Positions 11,051-22,863 of a stretch of 46,179 bases of DNA are shown here, one piece after another. Below the pieces are notes generated by a model that was not told where the DNA came from, searched no databases, and was given only the letters and a program-made list of their open reading frames with translations. The position numbers were made by a program, and so were the translations under genes. This DNA comes from Octopus bimaculoides (taxonomy: Eukaryota), in assembly GCF_001194135.2 (NCBI RefSeq), contig NC_068997.1, forward strand, positions 14,773,391-14,819,569. The letters are read 5' to 3'. Position 1 is the first letter of the stretch. Every line of letters starts with the position of its first letter.

Positions 11051-11747
11051 TTCTGATGGTAAATCTTGTGTAATCCAAGTAAGAGATCAGGTAATAAGTA
11101 TTTGCACCTGAGTTGACATTTTCCATTTTTCTTTTTGGGGAGGGGGCGATTTTCATATCATGTAATTCTGGTTATTTAATTTGGCTCTTGATAAGCAGAG
11201 AAGATAGAAATATTTTGGTATTTTGGTGAATTCCATTACTAAAATCTGTAAATAAACGAATCAACCGAAGAAAATAAAAACAAATGTCAAATGTTAAAAC
11301 ATTTAACTAATTTTTAAATTAATCCACACACACACATATATATATATATATGTGGTATGTATGTATGTATTTATGTATATATGCACACACTCACATATAC
11401 TTCAGCATGTGTGTGAGTATATATATATATGTGTGTGTGTTTATTTGTCTTTTATGAGTGTGTACTAACAAAAACACACACATACATGTATATATGTGTG
11501 AGTTTACAGATTTGTATATCCATGAGTAGGCTTATGAACACTTACCGAGAAAGAGAGAAGAGAGAGAGAAAGAGAGAGGGACAGAAACTGGGAGAGAAAC
11601 ACAGAGGGAGAGAGAGAGAATTGTATTTTGGCTAATAAATTTGGACAACAGATTTCAATAAATAAAAGTTCTAATAGAATATACTTGACTACACTTTTGC
11701 AGCTGAATGAAGATCTAAAATACATTCAAAACGATAAAACAACAAGC

Positions 11748-11748
<1 letters not shown>

Positions 11749-11802
<54 letters not shown>

Positions 11803-11917
11803 TTATTAATAATAATAATGAAAACTACAATAAATATAATAAAATATTTAAATAACAAACAAATGACCACAGAAGTCAATATTTATTTGAATGTTTATTT
11901 ATTTAATTCATTCACTC

Positions 11918-11970
<53 letters not shown>
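11749..11970. repeat. (AAT)n and (CT)n microsatellites
   Basis: (AAT)n at about 11749-11817 and (CT)n at about 11920-11970. Confidence 0.95.
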
Positions 11971-11972
<2 letters not shown>

Positions 11973-13007
11973 TTATCTCCCCTCTTCCTCCACCCCTTCC
12001 TTCACCGCCTGTGTCTCTTTTTTTCTAATTTCAATTTCTAGTGTTCTTATATGGTAAAATTCCTTTGAATAATGCGTTGACCAAAAATTAATAAAAGAGA
12101 TAAAAATACATTAAAAAAAACAGAAAACATAAAGTAAATAAACAATTTAGCAATTTCTATAAAATAGGCTTTTAATGAAACTTGTTCCAAATTTGCAAGC
12201 AATGTACTTCAGTGTACAAAATTAAGTTTGTGTGGTAATATTTTTTACAGTTGCATATCAAATGCATTGAGATTTTAATGCCATAAAAGGCTTAAAATAA
12301 AAATTATTGTAATAATGAAATTTAGAAAAAGGGGGAAAAAATTGATTTGACATTTTAGGATAATTTTTCACCGTTTCATGTTAACTTGTTATATTTGTTA
12401 GATATGCTTGTAAATTTATGACTTTATTAGCTATTTATTAAAAAATATTTTTTATTTATTTATTTGTTTTATTTTCAAATACATTTCTGTTATGAAAGAG
12501 AGCATAACATTAGGCTACAAGCCTCAGACTGGTCCATGTAGGATTATGGCTGACTTACAGATTTAGTTATATTTATTTTGTTTATTATTTATTTTAGATT
12601 GCTTTTTTTTTTCTTTTTTTTTTCGTTTTGTTTTCCTCTTTTACATATTGTAACATTGTAGTTACTGTTTCTTTTGGTTTGATAAACTGCATGGATATTA
12701 TGAAGTCACATGAACAAAAAGCATAACAGATAAGGTTTTAGATATTTCACAATTATTTTTCCTTTCTATTTTCATTTCAAGATATGTCATCTTAGAACCT
12801 CGGGATAGAAAAGTCATGCACCAGAAATAGTGCAACATTGAAGTAAAATGCACTACTGTACTTAATTTTGTTTCTAGACAGTCTGAGTTCAAGTCATAGG
12901 TACTTTAAGTTTAGCTATCATTCATCTGTGGTTGATAATGAATGCTTAATATATTTTGGGGTTGTTTGAAATCACTGCGTATTTCTATAAATTTAAATAA
13001 TAATAAA

Positions 13008-13240
13008 TAAATGCACCCTTTTAAAGCCTAGCCAGACAGATGGGCCTGGTTTCCCAGTTTCAATGGCGTATGTGTTCCCCAACTGGACGGGACGCCAGTC
13101 CATCGCAGCTGAGTGGACTGGAGCAACATGAAATGAAGTGTTTTGCTCAAGAACACAACGCGTCGCCTGGTCCAGGAATCGAAACCACAATCTTACCATC
13201 ATGATGCTGACACTCTAACCACTAAGCCATGCGTCTCCAC
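13008..13240 (-). mobile_element. SINE family C (tRNA-derived; central segment resembles V/Meta-type SINE domains)
   Basis: Minus strand gcatggcttagtggttagagtg (A-box), ggtttcgattcc (B-box), tgtgttcttgagcaaaacac, gcgatggactggcgtcccgtccag; a second copy is at 44253-44481. Confidence 0.8.
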
Positions 13241-13440
13241 TCTATAAATTTAAGGTTTATGCAAATGTGAAAAATCCCTGTGTATTTATGATAGAATTAA
13301 AACTGCCTGGCAGATAGTATGTAGTTCAACTGGATGAGAAGTTGATAATTTAAATCCTGTTATAATTTAATTCTAGACTTGAACAGGAACCATATGATGG
13401 CATATTGTTCCACTATAATATGTTCATACATACATACATA

Positions 13441-13735
13441 GAATATGACAACCAATGCAGACTTCGTGGAGTTAACACAAAAAATATCACCCACATCATA
13501 AGCACTTGTCTGAAAATGTCATCACAGTATTATCTACCAATGAGACATGATGTAGCTCGGACACTCTGTAATCAAATCCGCTGGAAGGATAACCACGAGG
13601 ACAAAGAAATAAGAACCCACAGTGTGGTAGAAGCGAGAGCCACTCATGATAAAAAGGAGTACTGGTGGAATGTCCCAGTGAAGACCTTAATAAAATGTAA
13701 GCACAACAGACCCAATATAATGATTTGGGATAGAG
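13441..13735 (+). pseudogene. RLE-type non-LTR retrotransposon fragment (zinc knuckle to start of endonuclease)
   Basis: CRLRG...ITHIISTC (CCHC with the second Cys changed to Arg), YLPMRHDVA, YWWNVPVKT, KHNRPNIMIWDR (PD changed to PN). Confidence 0.8.
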
Positions 13736-13806
13736 CATTTTGCCCCGCGTGTTAACGTTTTTGCCAGCTCACCGCCTTACCATCAGAAAATATTACCAAT
13801 AGGTAT

Positions 13807-14030
13807 GGGCAGAAATGTTAGCACGCCGGGCGAAATGCTTAGCAGTATTTCGTCTGCCGTTACGTTCTGAGTTCAAATTCCGCCGAGGTCGACTTTGCCT
13901 TTCATCCTTTCGGGGTCGATAAATTAAGTACCAGTTTCGCACTGGGGTCAATGTAATCGACTTAATCTCTTTGTCTGTCCTTGTTTGTCCTCTCTATGTT
14001 TAGCCCCTTGTGGGCAATAAAGAAATAAGA
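13807..14030 (+). mobile_element. SINE family B near-full copy (least degraded B copy in the window)
   Basis: ggcagaaatgttagcacgccgggcgaaatgcttagc head, gagttcaaattcc B-box, gaggtcgactttgcctttcatcctttcggggtcgataaattaagtaccag, tail type 1. Confidence 0.9.
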
Positions 14031-14195
14031 AGTTGGCTTCCAAATCTCATGGTCCCTAGTTCAGTCCTACTGCATCGCATCTTGAGCATGTGTCTTCTAC
14101 TATAGCCTTGGGCCAACCAAAGCCTTGCGAATGGATTTGTTAGATGGGAACTGAAAGAAGCTTATCACATGTGTGTGTGTGTGTCTTTGTGTCTA
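14031..14195 (+). mobile_element. SINE family A 5' half, truncated
   Basis: gtgtcttctactatagccttgggccaaccaaagccttg...ggaactgaaagaagc. Confidence 0.75.
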
Positions 14196-14568
14196 AAAGA
14201 TAACACCTACAACCACCAACACTACACAATGACAACTAAAGACAGAAAAAGAGAAAAGAGAAGACAGATACAAGTATTATAATATATAAAGCCACACACA
14301 CACACACACACAAATACAAATTCAAACATATGCACAGGCTAAGGATGCACCATAGAAAGACAGAATGTACTAAACAGAACAGGAGGAGACACATGAGACG
14401 GAGAGTCTCTGAAGAGGTAACAGGATGTGTGACAAAAGATCTGCAAACAAAGGACATAAAATGAGAAAAATAATAAATCCAAAGTGTAAAACGACTATAT
14501 AGTGCATGTATTTATTTGGCAAGAAAAGAAATGACCATCCCAAAATGTAACAATATAGCAATATTTGA

Positions 14569-14612
<44 letters not shown>

Positions 14613-14708
14613 NNNNNNNNNNNNNNNNNNNNNNNNNNNNNNNNNNNNNNNNNNNNNNNNNNNNNNNNNNNNNNNNNNNNNNNNNNNNNNNNNNNNNNNN
14701 NNNNNNNN

Positions 14709-14893
14709 CATAAAAGCACCCACTACACTCTCGGAGTGGTTGGTGTTAGGAAGGACATTCAGCTGTAGAAACTCTGCCAACTCATATTGGAGCCTGGTAT
14801 AGCCATCTGGTTCACCAGTCATCAGTCAAATCGTCCAACCCATGCTAGCATGGAAAGCGGACGTTAAACGACGACGATGATGATGATGATGAT
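14709..14893 (+). mobile_element. RTE LINE 3' end with (GAT)n tail
   Basis: aaaagcacccactacactctcggagtggttggtgttaggaagg...catggaaagcggacgttaaacgacgacgatgatg. Confidence 0.85.
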
Positions 14894-15060
14894 ACATACA
14901 TATATACATATATATATATATGCAGGTATTTATATTGAATTATAAGCCTTCACTATATATATTGACAGTTGAAAACAGTCTAATATTAGTGNNNNNNNNN
15001 NNNNNNNNNNNNNNNNNNNNNNNNNNNNNNNNTATATATATGTATATATATATATATACG

Positions 15061-15106
<46 letters not shown>

Positions 15107-15123
15107 TACATACACATACACAT

Positions 15124-15163
<40 letters not shown>

Positions 15164-15614
15164 TGATCAGGGTCACTCAGATAGCTATACAATACTGGGA
15201 AATCCTATGAACTCATTTAAGCTTCACCCAATATTCTTGGATTATTTTACATTTCAATATGAATGCTACTTTAGTAAATAAAGTTTCTAAACCATGAACC
15301 AAAGCATGAACCGAACAACAGCCTTATTAATGATAGCTTCTTACAAGCAGTTCTATAAAGTGAAGAATTGTAATTAATTGAATCAAACTTAATATGCATT
15401 TATGTTAATGGCACCAAAGGCAAAGTAAATACTGGCCATATTTGAATACAGTAAAATGAAGCTTCAAGCTATATACAATATAGCCAGTGCATTGAACCAA
15501 TGAAGCAGGCTTTATTTGGTCACATTACTTGCTAGAAATAGTAGCCAGATCTCTCTTAATTTAGACACCAGCATGTTAGGTAGGTAAGTCACAGGTTTTA
15601 TCGTGGCCAATCTC

Positions 15615-15910
15615 TGCCAAAGATCCCAGCATCACCATCAAAATACAAGACCAGATACTGCAACAGGTTGGGTTTCAAGGGCCCACAGCCCTTCCAAAAT
15701 GCCTGAGAGGCCTGTATGGTGTGCATGTGTCTTTAAAACAAAACTGGATCTCCTCCTGTCAAGGTTTTCAGATGAGCCTACTTCAGGTCAAGAAACTCAG
15801 ATGAGGGCAGCAGCACTAAACTCCCTCATTCATCAAATGCCATATATCAGAGGAGGTTTCAAAATAATGAAGGCACAGCCAATGGTGGTGCTCCAGCATG
15901 ACTGCAGCTT
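15615..15910 (+). pseudogene. CR1-like LINE 3' fragment (end of ORF2 plus 3' UTR)
   Basis: Joined across frameshifts: PKIPASPSKYKTRYCNRLGFKGPQ / LPKCLRGLYGV / VFKTKLDLLLSRFSDEPTSGQETQMRAAALNSLIHQM, matching the CR1-type GP.LFN.LP..R...FK.KLD.FL...DEP...AA.NSL motif. Confidence 0.75.
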
Positions 15911-15939
15911 TATATAATTATGACAGACTGCTTTTTAAT

Positions 15940-16196
15940 TCCATCTGCTACATCCACTCATGAGGCTTTGGTTGACCCGTGGCTTTCGTAGAAAACACTT
16001 GCTTAATCTGCACCAGGCTCAATCTGATCTGGCAAAGTTTCTACAACTGGATGCCCTTCCTAATGCCAACCACTCTGAGAGCGTAGTGGGTGCTTTTACA
16101 TGCATGAGGATGAGGACCAGTCAGGCGGTTCTGGCAATGACCACGATCAAAAGGTGTTTTTTACGTGCTACCTGCACAGGAGCCAGTCCGGCAGTA

Positions 16197-16197
<1 letters not shown>
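15940..16197 (-). mobile_element. SINE A fragment (about 15940-16005) fused to an RTE 3' UTR fragment (about 16007-16197)
   Basis: atccactcatgaggctttggttgacccgtggct, then ctggatgcccttcctaatgccaaccactctgagagcgtagtgggtgcttttac. Confidence 0.7.
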
Positions 16198-16227
<30 letters not shown>

Positions 16228-16551
16228 CNNNNNNNNNNNNNNNNNNNNNNNNNNNNNNNNNNNNNNNNNNNNNNNNNNNNNNNNNNNNNNNNNNNNNNNN
16301 NNNNNNNNNNNNNNNNNNNNNNNNNNNNNNNNNNNNNNNNNNNNNNNNNNNNNNNNNNNNNNNNNNNNNNNNNNNNNNNNNNNNNNNNNNNNNNNNNNNN
16401 NNNNNNNNNNNNNNNNNNNNNNNNNNNNNNNNNNNNNNNNNNNNNNNNNNNNNNNNNNNNNNNNNNNNNNNNNNNNNNNNNNNNNNNNNNNNNNNNNNNN
16501 NNNNNNNNNNNNNNNNNNNNNNNNNNNNNNNNNNNNNNNNNNTATATATAT

Positions 16552-16966
16552 TGCAGGTGTGGGCATGTGATAAGTAGCTTGCTTACCAACCACATAGTCA
16601 TGGGTTCAGTCCCATTTCATGGCACCTTGGACAAGTGTCTTCTACTATAGTCTCAGGCCAACCAAAGCCTTGTGAATGGATTTGGTAGACGGAAACTGGA
16701 AGAAGCCCGTTGTATGTGTGTGTGTGTACGCACGCGTGTGTGTGTGTACGCGCGCGTGCGTGTGTTTATGTTTCTGTGTTTGTCCTCCCCAACATCGCTT
16801 GACAACCAAAGCTTGTGCGTTTCCATCCCTGTAACTTAGCAGTTCGGCAAAATGGACTGATAGGATAAGTACTAGGCTTACAAAGAATAAGTCCTGGAGT
16901 TGATTTGCTTGACTAAAAGTAGTGCTCCAGCATGGCCACAGTCGAATGACTGAAGCAAGTAAGAGA

Positions 16967-16968
<2 letters not shown>
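16552..16968 (+). mobile_element. SINE family A full-length copy
   Basis: Head, CORE-like segment, internal (TG/CG) tract at about 16712-16775, 3' module, and tail gtgctccagcatggccacagtcgaatgactgaagc. Confidence 0.9.
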
Positions 16969-17025
<57 letters not shown>

Positions 17026-17032
17026 TATAGAA

Positions 17033-17360
17033 TACATAGTTTTAGGGAAAATAACCAAGTTTCAAGAACTCATCGATGAAAATCCACTATCACATATAGA
17101 AAATTTAACAATTAAAGGCACAATTTATTTTCGATAATTTCAATTGATTTTAATTGATTTTAATCGATTTAAATTTGCTTTCTATTTGAAAATTGGTTAT
17201 GAAACACGTGTAGTCATTTTATTATCTTTATCTTATGATATTTACTTTGTTTTATATTATACTCATTTATTGTGCTTTTAATTGTTAATTTTTCTATATG
17301 TGATAGTGCATTTTCATCGATGAGTTCTTGAAACTTGGTTATTTTCCTTAAAACTATATA
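17033..17360. mobile_element. Foldback/MITE-like element with about 92-bp inverted arms
   Basis: 17033-17124 is the near-perfect reverse complement of 17269-17360 (tagttttagggaaaataaccaagtttcaagaactcatcgatgaaaat...); embedded in TA-rich sequence. Confidence 0.8.
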
Positions 17361-18590
17361 TTATATATATATTTTATTTATAAAGCTCAATTTAATTTTG
17401 ATTTTTTATAAATTGATTTTAATTGAGTTTTTACCTGTAATTTTGGATTTTGTCCCTAATATTATTATTATATATATATATATATGATGACAATGAAAAA
17501 TGTCAACAGCATTGCTAATGGTTACAGTGATTGATCAATGAAACAAATTTAAAAGCACCACCACTTCTAGGCAATATGTGCTGACAGCATTACTAGTGCC
17601 ATGATGTTGCTAAACCATATTATCTTCTGTGGAATCGGTTGGTCTCTACTTGTAGCCCGTACAAGTAGGATTAATGGAGAAGTGAATGCAATGATGAAAC
17701 AGCATAGCTTCTTACTAAACCTATTTCAAAAATGTATCCATGTGTGTACGTGTGTATGTATGTGAATATATGTTTGTAAATATATATACCTGTTTGTGTA
17801 TATTTATATTAGTTGGGGCAGGGTCAGTATATACATACATGCGTACATACATGCATATACATATATTTATATGTATTTATATATACATATGCATGTGTGT
17901 GTGTGTATATATTTATGTATATATATATGTGTGTGTGTGTATATATGTATGCATATAATATGCCACCACACAGGTATATAAACCTATAATTGCAGGTGTA
18001 CATTAAGACAAATTCACAGACACATGTATCTATAATTATGCTTTATACACAATGAAAAATTTGTAATTATACACGTGAAAATACATTTGTAGCCTGATAT
18101 GTATGTGTGTGTGTTTGTGTGTAAATATATATGTATATACATATATACATATGTACGCATGCATATACATGTATGAATGCATTTATGATGTATTTGTGCA
18201 TGTACGTATGCGTATATACATACACATATAAAAATGAATATTTCACCTCGTTAAAAGGGTGGTATTTATAATTTTGCTTTCTTCTAAGGAAACAACACAG
18301 TTAAAATAAATTTTTCACAAATTATGTTTCCATACAATATCTTTTGAGATTCTGTTGAAAGAAAATTGGTGATGAAAATTATTCTTTGTACTTCTCATTC
18401 AGATTGATAACAATAGTTTCACCACCACCCGACCCAACTCAATGCCAATGACTTCTTTTGAATAGTCACTTAATTGGTCTGACAGAAAAATATTCTAGGA
18501 CTTGGCGAGGAAACCTAATTTATGTTCAATTCTCGTGGTGTTGTTAAGTTATGCGTTTGAGTGCAAATCCGAGTGTGTGCGCATGTGTGC

Positions 18591-18621
<31 letters not shown>

Positions 18622-19210
18622 GTATTTTCTTTTTTTTTTTAGGTGGTCAGAGAGAACAATTGGAGTGGTGAAGAGGATAAAACTTTATGCAATCTGATTT
18701 CTTTTGAAATAAATGGGCAGTAAATGTATATTTTAGTGAATCACACAAACAACAACAAAAAAATAAGCAAAGTTATAAATAAAAATTAAAAAAGAAACTA
18801 AAAAAATATAAATCACCATGAAATTAAACAAATGTTTAAATTTTCATAACAAACTTTTTGATTTGACAAAAAAATAATACACAATTGAAATTAAATTATA
18901 CATATGCATGTATACACATGAATATAGGAAAAAAAAAAAGAAAAACCAGTCGTGGAAACAAAAAACTAAAAGAAAAAACAATAGACTGACAGAATGATAA
19001 AAGCCATCAAACAACACAATGCAAGAAAATGCATGCACACACATACACACATGCATGCATAAAGGTGCACACTTACATGTACGTACGCATGCAGAGGACA
19101 CCTTCCTTATTTCTATTTCCTCCTCTGCTGTTCCTTCCAATGTTGCAGAAACAAAGAAAGGAAATCGAAATGGAACCATTTACTGACAAATGTAAACTAT
19201 AAACAGAAGA

Positions 19211-20020
19211 CGATGATGATGATGATGATGATAATGACGACGATGATGATGATGGTGAGATGATGATGATGATGACAATGATGATGATGATGTTGATGAT
19301 GATGATAATGATGACGATAACAATGATGATGATGATGACACTGATGACGATGGCGATGACAACAATGACGACAATAAAGGTGATGGTGACAGTGATGGTG
19401 ATGATGATGATGATGATTACAATAATGACAATGATGATGATGGTGATGATGATGTTGGTGATGGTAATGATGATGGTGGTGGTGGTGGTGAAGAAAAGGA
19501 GGAGAAGGATGACAATGACGATGATGATGATGCTGATGATTATAAGGAGGAGGATGATAGTGATGAAATGGAGGAGGAGGCGGAGGAGGAGGAGGAGGAG
19601 GAGGAGGAGGGAAAGACGATGATATCTACAACGGTGATGATGATGATAGTGATGATGATGATGGTGATGGTAATGATGATGGTGGTGGTGGTGGTGGTGA
19701 AGAAAAAGAGGAGAAGGATGACAATGACAATGATGATGATGCTGATGATTATAAGGAGGAGGATGATAGTGATGAAATGGAGGAGGAGTCGGAGGAGGAG
19801 GAGGAGGAGGAGGGAAAGACGATGATATCTACAACGGTGATGACGATGATAGTGATGATGATGATGGTGATGATGATGATGAAGATGACGACAACAGTGA
19901 TGATGTCGATGATGATGATAATGACAACAACGATGATAGTGATGATAACGACAAGGATGATGACGGTGGTGATGATAATGATGACAATGACAACGACGAA
20001 GATAATGATAACGATGATGA
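19211..20020. repeat. Compound (GAT)/(GGT)/(GAG) array containing an about 205-bp tandem duplication
   Basis: Anchors gattataagg at 19538 and 19747, and gatatctacaacgg at 19621 and 19824. Confidence 0.9.
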
Positions 20021-20094
20021 ATCTGAAATCATTAAATTAGATACACACAAAGAATTAGTCCAATTCCATCCGCAACAAATATTTAGAAATAGAT

Positions 20095-20358
20095 GGACTG
20101 GCTCCTGTGCAGGTGACACGTAAAATACACCATTTCGAGCTTGGCCGTTGCCAGTACCACTTGACTGGCCCTCATGCCGGTGGCACGTAAAAGCACCCAC
20201 TACACTCTCGGAGTGGTTGGCATTAGGAAGGGCATCCAGCTGTAGAAACTCTACCAAATCAGATTGGAGCCTGGTGTAGCCACCTGGTTCACCAGTCCTC
20301 AGTCAAATCGTCCAACCCATGTCAGCATGGAAAGCGGACGTTAAACGATGATGATGAT
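20095..20358 (+). mobile_element. RTE LINE 3' end
   Basis: Two ggtg(a/g)cacgtaaaa units, attaggaagggcatccagctgtagaaac, catggaaagcggacgttaaacgatgatg. Confidence 0.85.
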
Positions 20359-20414
20359 GGTGTATTTATATATTTATATATCTATATATTTATTTATATA
20401 TATATTTAAATATA

Positions 20415-20449
<35 letters not shown>

Positions 20450-20450
<1 letters not shown>

Positions 20451-20655
20451 GTTTGTGTGTCTGTGTTTGCCCCCCTACCATTGCTTAACATCCACTATTG
20501 GTGTGTTTACATCCCTGTAACTTAGCAGTTCAGCAAAAGAGGCCAATAGAATAAATACTAGGCTTACAAAGAATAAGTCCTAAGGTCAATTTCTTCAACT
20601 AAAGGTAGTGCTCCTGCATGGCCACAGTCGAATGACTGAAACAAGTAAAAGAATA
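20450..20655 (+). mobile_element. SINE family A 3' half
   Basis: ccctgtaacttagcagttcagcaaaagag...gtgctcctgcatggccacagtcgaatgactgaaac. Confidence 0.85.
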
Positions 20656-20679
20656 AAAGAAAAAAGAAAGCAAGATGAA

Positions 20680-20719
<40 letters not shown>

Positions 20720-20910
20720 GTAGAGAACAGGAAGAAGGGTGAGGGAGAGAGAGAAAGAGAGAGGGAGAGGGAGAAAGAGAAAGGGAGGGAAAGAGAGAGG
20801 AAAAGAGAGGGAGGGAGAGAGAGAAAGAGAGAGAAGCAACAATATGATAGAAAGAGAGAGGTTGACAGTGCATGTGATAAAAAGTGTGAGGGAGACAAAG
20901 TGACAGAGAA

Positions 20911-20987
<77 letters not shown>

Positions 20988-21000
20988 AAAGGAGAAAGAT
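20680..21000. repeat. (GA)n-rich purine tract
   Basis: Read directly. Confidence 0.95.
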
Positions 21001-21289
21001 GGAATGAGAGAATTATTTTGGCAACAAAATGGTTGACATTCCATGAAATGAAAGGTCAAGGCTGTTTGTGGAATTAGTGAAGATAACCTTTCAGGAAGAC
21101 TAAGGTAGTTATCTTTCTATCGGTTAGGCTAATCTGAAAGACAGCAAGAACACAAGAAGAACGGTGCACCGAGGGCGTAAATCAAGCGAAAAGAACCAGA
21201 AACAAGAAACCAAACCAAACTATTGCCATTTATTGGTCTTCAAAATTCTCAGAGAACAATTCTGTTATCATCATTGACATCAGTATCTT

Positions 21290-21558
21290 CATTGGTGTCA
21301 TTATCATCACCATCATCATCGTCATCGTCATCATTATCATCATCATCGTCATCATCATCATCACCACCATCATCATCATCATCATAATCATCATCATCAT
21401 CATCATCACCATCATCATCATCATCGTCATCGTTATCATCATCATCGTCATCGTCATCGTCATCATCATCATCATCATCATCATCGTCATCATCATCATC
21501 GTCATCGTCATCATCATCATCATCGTCATCATCACCATCATCATCATCATCATCATCA

Positions 21559-21605
<47 letters not shown>

Positions 21606-21726
21606 ATCATCATCATCATCATCATCATNNNNNNNNNNGTCATCGTCATCATCGTCGTCATCATCATCATCATCGTCATCATCATCGTCATCGTCATCAT
21701 CACCATCATCATCATCATCATCATCA

Positions 21727-21821
<95 letters not shown>

Positions 21822-21884
21822 GCTATCATTAGCCATTCAGTTCCTACTGATTATTGGAATCATCAACATCGCCGCCGTCATCAT

Positions 21885-21915
<31 letters not shown>

Positions 21916-21957
21916 ATAGTCATCATTGTCATGTTTAGTTCTCATTATTACAATCAT

Positions 21958-21988
<31 letters not shown>

Positions 21989-22310
21989 ATCATCATCATC
22001 AGCATCATCATCATCATCAGCGGCAGCAGCAGTAGCAGCAACAACATAATTATCATCGTCTATAACCGAAGCAGTATCGTCATTCATCTCTTTCTCCTCA
22101 TTATCGTTATTGTCAAGATAATTATCAACATTCATGACCCCCCTCACCCTCCTTAACTATCATCATCGTCATGATTTCCACAGTTATCGTTATTGCTCCT
22201 CTTGTTGTTGTTGTTGTTGTTGTTGTTGTTATTGTTGTTGTTATTGTTGTTGTCATCGTCGTCATTGTTGTTGCCGTTGTTATTGTTGCTGCCATTGTTA
22301 GTGTTGTTAA
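21290..22310. repeat. About 1 kb (CAT/CGT)n array grading into (CAG) and (GTT) repeats
   Basis: Read directly; explains the poly-M, poly-D and poly-V ORFs in the track. Confidence 0.95.
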
Positions 22311-22817
22311 TGAAAGCTCCCTCTCTCTCTCTCAGAATAAAGAAAACAACTTATTGCTTTCATTGATTAGAGGGTACATGCCCCAGGCAAATACTACACA
22401 GAATCCAAGAGAAATCTGCCTGCCTGAAAGGCAAGCCTTCGCTCATCAACATACTCCAGCCACACGTCCACCGTTGTGTTACGATTCCGTCTTTGACTGT
22501 AACAATATCTGCTCCTTTAAATTTGTTCATTTTATATCCCAGTAAAATCCGCTAAATACACCCTCGTCTTTTTGCCCCATCACACCTCTTCTGCTGCATC
22601 TCACCTCCAAGATTCCATGCTAAACACTTGTGTAAAACTCTTCAGTTCTTCAAATTGTATTCTTCCTAAATTCTATCTCCATCTGTAAACCAGCAACAAT
22701 TCATATTAGATATTATTAACTCTGTTAATGAGATACAATTATTCCTATACCCTACTGCTATGGAACATTCAAAAGTATGTATCACAGTTCCTCTACAGAC
22801 TAACAGATCATTAAGGA

Positions 22818-22863
<46 letters not shown>

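Noticed and set aside
17170-17345. Hammerhead-like fragments (ttgaaaa...gaaacacgtgta; tcgatgag...gaaacttggtt)
   Set aside because: Core bases are altered and stems I and II cannot be formed; kept only as supporting motifs for the foldback element
21050-21180. Strong minus-strand polypyrimidine acceptor (ttcttgctgtctttcag)
   Set aside because: The only open frame has a weak donor (gttatc) and then stops; peptide not recognised
22590-22690. Minus-strand tttacag|...ttggag|gtgaga exon-like segment
   Set aside because: All three frames contain stops; a non-coding exon cannot be supported without RNA data
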